Below, piece by piece: positions 34,101-44,476 of a DNA stretch of 64,000 bases; the stretch's first letter is position 1, and each line of letters starts with the position of its first letter. Location of the stretch: the NCBI GenBank assembly GCA_965644315.1, contig CBFFRQ010000030.1:558001-622000 (forward strand). The letters run 5' to 3'. The DNA is from Caecitellus pseudoparvulus. Its lineage: Eukaryota > Protista > Bigyra: Bicosoecida. Position numbers and translations under genes: made by a program. The notes beneath the pieces were generated by a model. It searched no databases. It worked only from the letters and a program-made list of their open reading frames with translations, and had not been told where the DNA came from.

Positions 34101-37100
34101 ACAGACTCCAGCGTGGACGTATCAGGGCCGAAGAAGGCACCGATGATCTGCACTGCGTACCCTCCCTTGGTGGGGGACAGGGGCGGGTTGGTCGTGGGGT
34201 CCTGGCCGTTCACGCGGTACTCCTGGATCAGAGGGGGGTGGTACCCCGACGCGTCCAGCTCCAGCATGTTCGTGGACTCCTGACCGTCAATGGTCAGGCG
34301 GTACGTGAAACCCTTGCCTGTGCCGACTGCAGAGCAGCACTCGGCGATGCCAGTGCTGCGCACCACACACCCACCAGCAGTGTACCAGCGTGCGCCGCTG
34401 ACACCATTCGCCGCGATGTCAAGGGTCTTCGCGTAGCGCAGGATGGGCTGCTCATTGGCAGAGGCTCCAGCCCTGTCTGCGCCGACTCGGGTGCACGCAG
34501 GCTCGCTGGAGTTCTGGGAGGCGCCCTGGCAGGGGGGCACGCGGCCCAGGTTGGACCCTTGCACGATGATGAGCTGGTTCCCCTTCGTGTTGGCGCGGAA
34601 GACGCCTGGGCCAGAGATGCCCACCAGGGACGGCGGCTCATACGACACGCGGACGGTGGCAGAGCCAGCCGTCGTGCGGGAGGTCTGCAGCGTCTCGGCT
34701 CGCAGCAGGCTGGAGTCCTTCGGGAACATGCGCACCTCCACGACGTGCCCTGTGCCAGATCCAGGCGGCATGGCGCAGGTCAGGGTCGAGTGGGGGCTCG
34801 TCGTGGATCGCAAGCAGTCCACAGCCTCGTACCGGTACGTCGCCCGGTCAGCACTGACAGTGGCGGAGGAGCAGGTGCCAGCTGAGAAGCGGGCCCCCGC
34901 CCCGTGGCTGGTGCCGAGCCGCACAGCCAGGCCGTGGTTGGCAGGGCCGAAGTTGGACCCCAGCACAGTGAAGGTGGAGCCGCCCGTCGTGGAGGCCAGG
35001 CCTGAGCCCGTGTTCATGATGATGGAGGAGATGTTGGGGGCGTGGTAGCCGAGGGTGGTGGCCAGGCCCTGCCCGCCCTGCCCGCCGATGCGGGGGACGA
35101 ACGACAGCTGCGTGCTCCAGCCCTCCGACGTGACGCAGTCCATGGCAGTGTGCGCCGTCACCATCGTGCACGAGGCGGCGGTGAAACCAGTGAACCCTGG
35201 TGTGCTCTCGTCCAGACCCGAGTTTGGCCCGTACCGAATGGTCACAGGCGGCAGCACGGTGCCGAGGGGGCCGAAGTTCGTGCCAACCACCGAGAAGACC
35301 TGCCCGCCACGCGTGTCGAACTTGCCGTCTGGCACCGCAGTGGTGACGGAAGTGATGGTGGGGGGCATGTACTTCGTGCGGCCCGCCGCGTCGTTGCCGC
35401 CCACGACGCCGCCGAGCTTCTTGTTGCCCTGCACGCCGTCCAGGAACAGCTCCCACGACACCTGCCCGATGCCAGGTGGGTGCAGGCAGGAAGCCGTCGT
35501 GGTGTTGTGCAGCATGCACATGCCAGGTGCCGTGCGGTCCAGCGTGACGGGGCTGGGCGGCTGGTCCGTGCCATCGTGGTACGTCCCCTCAGCACGCAGG
35601 GCAAGAGTTTCCAGCTCAGAGGGGTTGGCAAAGTCCAGCCCGCGGAAGTACACGCGGATGTTGGACGACCCAGCGGTGGGCACCAGCACATCCCGCTCGC
35701 CAGTGGAGGAATCGTACGTGTAGATGTCAGTGACGGTGACGTCGGGCACATCGGTGATGGTGACGGGGAAAGTGTGGTCATCGCACTCCGCAGGCGTGCC
35801 AAAGTCGCACACTTCGATCGTCACGGTGTACGACGACCGGTCCTCGAAGTTCAGCACGACGCCGTCGCGCACACGCACAACGCCGTTGGTATCAGTTCGG
35901 AACGTGTTCGCGTCGGGGCTGCCAGGCACGACGCGGTACGTCAAGCGCCCGAAGTTGACGGGGTCATTGACATCAGGGTCAACTGCGTTGGCACGGGCAT
36001 CCACGCCACGCCCAGTCGCGTCCACGAAGAGGAGGCGGCGGTTGGACGCGGGCGTCTCGCCACTGATGTCCTCGGGGATCGTGAAAGCCTCTGGCTGCCC
36101 TGCCCAAGTCTTTTGCAGGACTGGTGGCTCGTTGAGGTCTGTCACAGTGACTCGGATGGTGGTGCTGGAGTTCAGGCCGCCGCTGTCCGTCACGGTGGCC
36201 GTGAAGACGTGAGCAGCCCGTGGTGCGAGCGCCTCGTGAGAGATGAACCCACTGCCGCCGCCTGCAGAGGCTGCGATGGTGATGCTGCCCTGTGCTGTGT
36301 TGCACGGGGCACCACAAGTCGTCGCCACGGCGAAGTTGCCGCTTGGGTCGGACAGGGAAAACGTCAGCGTCTCCGTGCCATCCACGTCAGAGGCAGCCAG
36401 CGTGCCCACGACGGCAGAGGCGATGCCGGTGATGTCCGTCTCAGCCAGCGAGAAGGTCGTGTGCAGCGCTGTTGTGTTAATGACGGGGGCCTCGTTGACG
36501 TTGAGGATGTTGATGGTCACGTCCACCTCGTCGCGCAGTTGGCCGGGGCCGTCGTCCTGCACCTCCAGCGTCAGCGTGACACTCGTGTGCTGCTCGAAGT
36601 TCGTCGCAGAAGTGCTCTGCAGGGCGCCAGAAGTCTGGTCAAGGGCGAACCAGCCGGCTGCAGTGGAGGGCACCACCTGTGTGATGAAGAACTGGTGGGA
36701 CTGCGCCCCGTCGGCATCGGTGAAGTGAGCGGACATGTTCTTCAGAAGAGGGTTCACCAGCATCTCATCGACGGACAGCGTGTCCGAAGCAGTGGCCACC
36801 CAGGCAGGCTTGGTGTTGCCTGACCCTACTGTGATGCCAACGAAAGCCGTGTGTGGTTGGCCGGCAGCGTCTCGGGCTGTCACGCTCACGACGTCGAAAC
36901 GGCTTTCGCCGTCGTTAATATCCCCAAGGTCTGTCTCCACCCTGAACTGGCAAGTGCTGCTCAAGTTGTAGTTGCCCACAGAGCCGACGATGCCCGTTGC
37001 GACATCACAGGTGATAGTGGTGTTCTCTTGGTCAAGGACGGTCAAGGGGGATCCGATCCGGGTCCCCGCCACTGCCTGCTCAAGCACGGAGCGGTTCTGA

Positions 37101-40100
37101 GGAATGACCAGGGGAACCTCGTTCACATCCGTGAGCTGCACAACCACGCTGCCGTCGACAGCGATGGCAGCGCCATCGATGCCTGCATCCGTCACGGTGA
37201 ACTCCAAGGTGAAGGAGGCCTTGGTCTCGAAGTCCAGCCCGGACTGCCACGGGTACACCAGCACGCCATCGTTGATGCGCAGCTCTCCTGAAGGCAGCAG
37301 CTTGAAGAGGGCCTCTCCGCTGTTTCGGGGGTTGAACAAGTCCGCCCCGCGCAGGTTCGAAAACACATGCGTCTCGCCAGTGGGCGCATGGTTCAGGTCG
37401 TCGTCCGTGATGGCAATGGTGTCCACGACGCTGTCCCCTGCCGGGTTCTCCGCGATGGGGAAGACCTGCCCGGTCACGACGGCTGGTGGCTCGTTCAAGT
37501 TGTTGATGACAACGGTCACGGGTTCCCAAGCAGAGGTCAGGGGCGCGCCAGCAGCACCCAGGTCTGTCACACGCACCATCACAGTGTGCGACTGGGCAGC
37601 CTCGTAGGACAGAGTCATGTTGGGGCGCAGGCGGGAGTGCGAAGCGTTGCCGCCGGCAGGCACCCAGCCAAAGCCCTGCACCTCCCAGGTGAGGAACTCG
37701 TTCCCGTTGGCCAGGTCAGGGTCCACTGCGCCAATGAAGCTGGTGAGGACGTTGGCCCCCACGTTCTCGTCCAGGTCCACGCTCTGGCCAGGCACGACGG
37801 AAGGCATCTCGTTCACGTTGCGCACAGACACGGTGATGGTGTACACAGACGAGCGGGGGTCCGCGCCATCATCGTCAGTGAGCCGGATCTGGAAGGTGTA
37901 CGTGGGCTTGGTTTCGTAGTCCAGGCGGCCGCCGGACTTGGTGAGGGTCCACTGGTTGCCAGTGCCGGCGCTTGCGGTGAAGATGCCTGCACCCTCACCG
38001 AGAATGGTAATGGAGGCAATGCTGTCGCCGTCGGGGTCGTCTGCCTGGATGGAGGTTGCAAAGTCCGTGCCATCTGGCACCTCCTCGTCGATCTCGAAGT
38101 AGTCAGAGTACTCAGGGTCGGCAGCAGTGCCCAGGTTGAGGAGCAGAGGCGGGTCGTTGGTGTCCAGGAGGGTGATAGTCTGGGAGTACACCACCTCGAA
38201 CGTGTTCCCACCCGGCGTGATGGGCTTGTCGGTCACGGTGAAGATGACTCGGTAGTCCCTGCGGCCGTCCAAGTCAAAATCGGGGAACTGTTCAAAGTCC
38301 AGGACGCGCGTCGTGACGAGCTCGCCAGACGGCTGCAGGGCAAAGGGGGGCCGCGCAGGGTCGGCGTCCAGCACGGTGAGGGCGACAGAGTCGATGCCGG
38401 CCGCGTCCTCGTCCACCACCTGCACAATGCTGGGCGGCGAGGCGCCGAGGGAAGTGCCAGCAGGCAGGTTCTCCTCCAGCTCCAGTGTGTACGGCGTGGC
38501 CATGAAGGCAGGCGCCTCGTTCACGTCCAGCACAGTGATGGTCACCGGCACGTCCGCGGAGAGAGGCGGCGAGCCGTTGTCCGTCACCCGCACCACCAAG
38601 TTGTACACGGCGCGGTCTTCGTAGGAAATGGGGAAGACATTCACGAACAGTTGGCCAGAGCAGGCGCCAATGGCGAAGGAGTTGCCGACGTTGCCGCTGA
38701 GGATCTCGTACCGCACCTCCTGCCCTGCATCTTCGTCGGCAGTGTTCACGCGGGAGTCCACGCCAGGGGTGGCTGCCAGCACAGGCACGGCAGAGCGCAG
38801 GCGTGCGTTTTCGAGCAGCTGGCGCAGGAAGGTGCCGGAGCCGTCGTTGCGCGTGTCATACACAAAGTTGGGTCGGTCGTTGCGGTCCACCACCCCGATG
38901 GAGGCGGTGCACGTGAACTTGGGCGTCGTCGTGGGCGCTGCCAGCTCGTACGTGATCTGCACGCCGTAGAAGGAGCAAGCCTCGAAGTTGAAGGCCTGGC
39001 CAGACTTCAGGCTGATGGTGGTGGTGCCCGTGCCGGCATTGTTGTTGACCTGCAGCAGGGCGTTCATCTCGGCGCTGGTCTGGGGGCACCCTGGCTCGAA
39101 GCTGACGCCACCGGGGATGGTGCTCATGCTCACCGTCAGGGCATCCGACCCCCGCTTTGTGTACTGGATGCTGGCGAAGGTGGCCCCCGGCAAGTTCTCA
39201 TCCACACTGTATGTGTCGGCGAAGGCGTTCACACCCCCCTGCACGGCAGTGGTGCAGGTGGACGTGAACTCGATGCGCTTGAAGCGCCGGCCGCCCGTGC
39301 AGAACTCGTCCTCGGCACACTGAGCCTGGCCAGTGCGCTGGTCGGTGGCGGCTGACTCAGGGGTGGAGTAGTACCCTGCAGACACGGTGGTGGGGGAGCC
39401 AGAGCCCGCGGGGCAGAAGCTGTTCACGCCGCCGCACGGCTCGGCCGTGCCGACGCTGGAAGCAACGGGGCAGTAAAAGCCGGCCTGGCACACGCCAGTG
39501 CAGGCGGTCGCGCCGGCAGTGGCCACGAAGGTGCCGGCCGGGCAAGCTGTGCGCACGCCGTTGTTGCAGGCATACCCTGGCTCGCACTGCTGCTGCCCGA
39601 TGCGGTTGTTGGCAGAGCCGGAGGAGGTGGGGATGGTGTAGTGCCCGGCAGAGACAGAGGTGGAGCTGCCAGAGCCCTCAGGGCAGAACCTGTCCACGCC
39701 GCCACAGGACTGCTGCGTGGCAGAGCCAGAAGCCAGGGGGCAGAAGTAGCCAGCTTGGCAGGGCCCGCTGCAGTTCGTGGGGTCGCTGGCCCCGCCGGCA
39801 CCGTACTTGCCAGCCGGGCAGCGCCCGCCAGAGCCAGAGGTGGGGTTGGCCACAGTGGAGCCGGCGGAGGTGTAATGGCCAGGGGCAGAGTTGCCGGAGC
39901 AGGAGGCGGTGCCGAGACCTTGCGTCGCACCGTACTTGCCAGCGGGGCAGATGTTCGCGGTGGGGCTGGTGCTGCCGCTGGGGCAGTAGTACCCTGCGGA
40001 GCACTGCCCCGTGCAGCTGGGGCTGGTCTCGCCAGCGTTGGTGCCGTAGCGCCCCGCGGCGCAGGGAATGCAGGCACCTGCCAGGCCCTGGATGCTGATG

Positions 40101-41087
40101 CTAGGCTGGTACCTGCCAGCAGGGCACAGTGCACACGTGGTTGCGCTTTCTGCGAGAGTTACGAGGGGTTGGTTGGCGTGCTGGGCTGGTGCTCGACGAA
40201 ACGCGGAAAACGTCGAAACGCACGCTTGTAGTAGCCGCCAGGGCACCCGAGAGGACGCTGGCACAAGAAACGGTTGGCACGCGTGCAAGGATAGTCGTTG
40301 ATGGAAGGATCAGGGTTCATGGCATCTGTGGGGGTGAGGGCGGGCGAGTGCAGCACGGCGAGCCTCTGCAGAAACGTTCGAAAGGCACGAACCCCAGAGA
40401 TGCATGCAGTCTTCACCGCCACAGCAGTTGTTGGGCTCGTTGGTGCTCCATGAGCTAGTCACGAAGGGCGAGATCTGGCGGTTGTCGCTGCTCCAGCGCC
40501 ATGTTCTGGGCGGGGGGCGTTCCGTTGGTTGGGTGTGGCTGGCGCGAGGGGCAGGCCGCAGAGCGCGCTGCCGACTCACCCTTCTTGCGCCACGTCGTTG
40601 CCGCCAATCCAGCAGCGCTTGCCGATGCAAACGGCGTACAGCAAATCCAGTTCGTTCTGGGTGTCGAACTCGGCGAGGAAGCCCTCCTCCAGGGCACACC
40701 TCGCGTTGGCAGCAGTCTGCGGAATCACAGCAGGGTCTGGAAATGAAAGGGCGTTCGCAGGCGTCTCAGCACCGCAGAGGACGCACCCAACTGAGCTGTT
40801 CAGAGCCAACATACTTCAAGCAGGCACCAGGGGCTGTGGGGCGCAAGAGGGCAGGCGGCGTGAGCGTGTGTTTGACGTCGGGGAGGATGGCGTGCTGCAA
40901 GAGCAAGTGTCCGTGGCTCGACGCGTTGGCAGCTCGGCCGAGCGCAGTCGACGGGCACGGGCAGCGCTGGGAACACAATGCAGGCACCACACGCACTTGT
41001 AGTGTACCCTGCAGGGCACTCATCCGGCGTGACTTGGCTGGCAGCCAAGCCCAGCGCGCAGGCGAGCAGTGCAGCTACAGTCCGCAT
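28172..41087 (-). CDS. Giant C-type lectin + Cys-rich (CPAGxYC) + about 10 cadherin + multiple IPT/TIG + nine-TM receptor (nonagonal-cadherin-like)
   Basis: Signal peptide MRTVAALLACALGLAAS at 41087; five small 5' exons encode a CTLD; a 12-kb last exon carries CPAGxYC repeats, cadherin motifs (DxNExP, LDFE/LDYE, DxDxG), IPT motifs (GxNFG, YxPPxI, CxxPxGxG), CSKGYDGNRCGVC and nine hydrophobic helices. Confidence 0.88.
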
Positions 41088-41771
41088 GGTGCAAGCTGCC
41101 TGTTTCTGTCTGCAGAGAGCGGGGCACGCCGAAACACTGGGCGTGTTGGCCTCCACTCGAGGAAGACGTGGGGTGCTGCTGCCCACGGGAGTCCGCGCCC
41201 TCTTGGTGGGAGGGTTCGGGAGCACAGACGCAAGCGGCGCGAAACGCGGCCTTGGTCTGGACTGCTGGGAGCGCTCGAGGGTAAGCTGCGGCGCAAACAG
41301 GTGCAGGCTTGGCACACCTGGCCAGCATGGTGTAAGTGGTGGAAGGTTTTGAGGTCAATTTTTGCGTAAGGTTTCGGGTGGCACGACGGAGCGCCGTCGA
41401 ACGGTGCGGATGTGCGCGCGAGGGGGGTGTGCGTGCGTGGTTCAACTGGCCCAGCTTCGAAGGAGACGCGCTCAGGCGAGGGCACCGCTCACAGCGCACA
41501 GGAGGCATGTAGTTTGGGCGGGAAGTCTAGGCATGACACTTCAGACTTGCTTGCGCGGCACACTGGGGTTGTCTGGCCTGTCTTGCCACGGTCAGCTGTA
41601 GATGGACAAGGCGCACCACACAGAGGCAGGGCTCAAACGCACGAACTGGGGGTGGGATCAAATCTCGAAGCCCCAGGAAGTCATTGCATCGAACTTCCAC
41701 CTGCTGAGTGCGTGGGACAGCTCTCTGAGTGCTTGCTTGGTGCCTCCTGGCCCGGGCAGCGAAGCGCAGGC

Positions 41772-43235
41772 ATGCCAGCTCCAGGAGGGAGCCAGGCGGC
41801 TACGGCCGTCGTGCAGTACACGGTGGTGACGCGCCATGCTGCAGAACGTGAGGTGGTGGGCACCCTGCAGGTGCCCTGCGCTACACCTGGTCGCTTGTGT
41901 CTGTCCGATGTCCGGAGGGCGTGGCCTTGGGGCGGGGGCCAGTGGTGCTTCCGCGCCCAAGTGTTGTTGAAAGGCGGCTCAGACAGGTTCATGTGGCTGG
42001 ACCTGAAGAGCCCAGAGGGCGCGCTGCCACGAGGCTTGCACGGGCAGTATGTCGTTAAGGCGTTGCCCATGTTTGAGCTGCGCGAGGGCGGCGAAGTCGA
42101 ACCGCGTTTCACTGGCGTTGCGTGGGACCTGCCGCGGCTGTTGGCGGCCCACCGCGCGGCTCGTCCGGATATCGCCCGGCCTGACGCCCCCTACGGCAGT
42201 TTGTTGGAGCAGCACCCCCTGGACGTGTCACTTCCACGGGCAGCGACGCCCTCCACGCCGCCTCCTGGGACGCAGAGTGCCAGTGCGCAGCAGTCTGCGG
42301 CAGCCATGTTCACGGCCGGCAGCAAGGCTGCTTCGTCGGCATGGGGCCACGTGACTGGCGCAGCATCTGCAGCAGCCACATTCATGTCCAAGCACGCGGG
42401 CAAGGTGGACGCTGAGAAGGTCCGCTCCGGCGCTCTGTCGGCGGCAACCTCATTGGGCGGTTTCCTCAAACGCACTGCGGCAGCGGCCGGCGCCATGCTG
42501 GATGCCGGCAGCAAGCCGCCGGAGGAGGCCCTCGTGAACCTCTCCGAGCTGCACACGCTCATGTACACCCCCTTCAACGCCACCCTGCCTGCCCACGAGG
42601 CACTGCTGCAGCGCTTGTGGTCGGCCGTGGCGCCTGACGCGGAGTATGCGCCTGTGTCCCCGGCCTGGCAGGAGCTGGGGTTCCAGGGGGATGACCCCCG
42701 CACTGACTTCCGTGGCGGTGGCCTGCTGTCTCTGCACTGCCTCGTGCACGCGGCAGAGGGCGGCGTGCTGGGCAGCATTTTGGCCAGCCAGGTCCGCCTG
42801 CGGCAGGCCAGTGCAGCAGGGGAGCGGGCGGCAGCAGGTGACGACTTCGACGGCTTCGTGTCTGTGGGCCTGGAGGACGTGCTGGCGGGCCGCGAGGGGG
42901 GGGCCGTGGAGCAACGCCTGTACCCCGTGGCGCTGGCCGGGGTGAACTTGGTGGTGTCCCTGGCTGCCCTGGTGGGCGTGGGGGAGGAGACGGTGCAGCA
43001 CAAGCCCAGCAAGGCGTGGGGCTTGTTCAGCCACTACGAGGGCTTCTTCGAGCTCTTCAGCCTGGCGCTGTTGTACTTTGACGGGCAGTGGCGGGCGGGG
43101 CAGGTGGCGCAGGAGGGTTTCCAGCCCCTGCTCAAGGCGGTGGTGCGCCACGTGGCCGGCTGGCTGGAGGCCGGTCCCCAGTCCCCAGCTGGCCTCCGGG
43201 ACATTGTGGCTTCGGCGGACGGCATCACGTTGTGA
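41772..43235 (+). CDS. ELMO/CED-12 domain protein with an N-terminal DIX-like domain
   Basis: WQELGFQGDDPRTDFRGGGLLSL and YPVALAGVNL are ELMO signatures. The N-terminal LSDVRRAWP...FR...WLDL...LP pattern resembles DIX. Confidence 0.8.
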   Translation: MPAPGGSQAATAVVQYTVVTRHAAEREVVGTLQVPCATPGRLCLSDVRRAWPWGGGQWCFRAQVLLKGGSDRFMWLDLKSPEGALPRGLHGQYVVKALPMFELREGGEVEPRFTGVAWDLPRLLAAHRAARPDIARPDAPYGSLLEQHPLDVSLPRAATPSTPPPGTQSASAQQSAAAMFTAGSKAASSAWGHVTGAASAAATFMSKHAGKVDAEKVRSGALSAATSLGGFLKRTAAAAGAMLDAGSKPPEEALVNLSELHTLMYTPFNATLPAHEALLQRLWSAVAPDAEYAPVSPAWQELGFQGDDPRTDFRGGGLLSLHCLVHAAEGGVLGSILASQVRLRQASAAGERAAAGDDFDGFVSVGLEDVLAGREGGAVEQRLYPVALAGVNLVVSLAALVGVGEETVQHKPSKAWGLFSHYEGFFELFSLALLYFDGQWRAGQVAQEGFQPLLKAVVRHVAGWLEAGPQSPAGLRDIVASADGITL

Positions 43236-43445
43236 GGGGGTGGTGGCAAATCCGGCCACTGGGCGGCACAATCCACATGGCTCGTTGCGAGGCCAGGCCT
43301 GCGTTCTCAGGCATGCCAGCTTCACAGCGCCTTCCCCTGCACTACGGTCGTGCTGCCTGTGTGTGGCTGTGTGTGGCCAGGACTTGGCCCGAGGGTGTCT
43401 GGCGGCGGCGGGCAGCACAAAGGCTGCCACCCGTTGGGCGGCGGC

Positions 43446-44419
43446 ATGGCAGCGGAGGGGGACGGCAAGGTGGCTGAGGGGCGGGAGGAGCTGGCTGGAG
43501 CCAAGGGCGGGGTAACTTCCCTCATGGACGGCTTTGACTCGTTCGAGACGAAGATGAAGCACAGCACTCGGGTGCGTTGGGCAGCTTCGTGTGCTGCGGT
43601 TTTTGCAGGCTGCACTCGCTCGGCCCCTCCGCCCTGCACAGCAAAGGCGGGAGAAGGACGAGCACAGGCTGAAGAAGATCAGGGAGACAGTGGGGCAGCT
43701 GGAGCGGTCAGTGACGGTGGAGCGCTCCCAGCGCCAGGAGATGACCAAGTCCCTGCAGACTGTGCGTGGCGTTTCTGGCGCACGCCTGAGCAGCGCGTGG
43801 CACCGCTCGACGTCCGGCACACTGCGCCCGCCCCCGCCCACGCTCACAGTGGGCCCAAACACAAGTGACCAACGTGCACGACGCGCTGTCCGAGAAGATC
43901 GACGCGCGCGCGAGCCAGTTGAATGGCCGGCTGGACGAGCTCAGCGCCCGCATCGATGGTCTGGAGCAGCGCTTCGCCCGCGACAAGGAGGAGGTGCTGG
44001 CGCAGGTGGCAGAGGCGAACCGCAAGCTGGCGGCAGAGCTCGCGGAGTTCAACGCCAAGTTCGAAGCGGAGCGCGCAGACCGCCTGCAGCGCGAGGAAGC
44101 CATTGCCCTGCGGCAGGCTGCGCTGGAGCAGGCGGCGGCGGACAAGCTGGACGCTGAGCGCAGTGCACGGGAGCAAGCCATCATGGCCCTGCGCAGCCGC
44201 ATCGACGGCGCCGTGCGCAGCATCAGCAAGGCAGATGAGAAGTTCCAGGAGGCCGTCACGAGCGAGCTAGCCACCCTGCGCAACGCCATTGCGGCGGAGG
44301 AGGCGACTCGGGAGGCGGAGGATGACGAGGTGCTGGACAGCCTGCAGCGGTACGTGACGAAGCTGCAGGCCAGCCTGCAGATCATCAACAGCTCAGACAC
44401 GGAGCTTCGGCGCATGTGA
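43446..44419 (+). CDS. SF-assemblin / beta-giardin family striated-fibre coiled-coil protein
   Basis: Three exons (…KHSTR|QRREKDEHR…KSLQT|WAQTQV…). Coiled coil ending EEATREAEDDEVLDSLQRYVTKLQASLQIIN, typical of the SF-assemblin C-terminus. Confidence 0.8.
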
Positions 44420-44476
44420 GTGGGGCTGTGCGCAGGGTAGAGCAATGCATGCATTGGCACGGCAGCGCCGGGGACG

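Noticed and set aside
28448-39355. Long plus-strand ORFs (e.g. 28448-31924, 35042-36823, 37367-39355)
   Set aside because: They are antisense shadows of the high-GC3 cadherin CDS, with no domain motifs.
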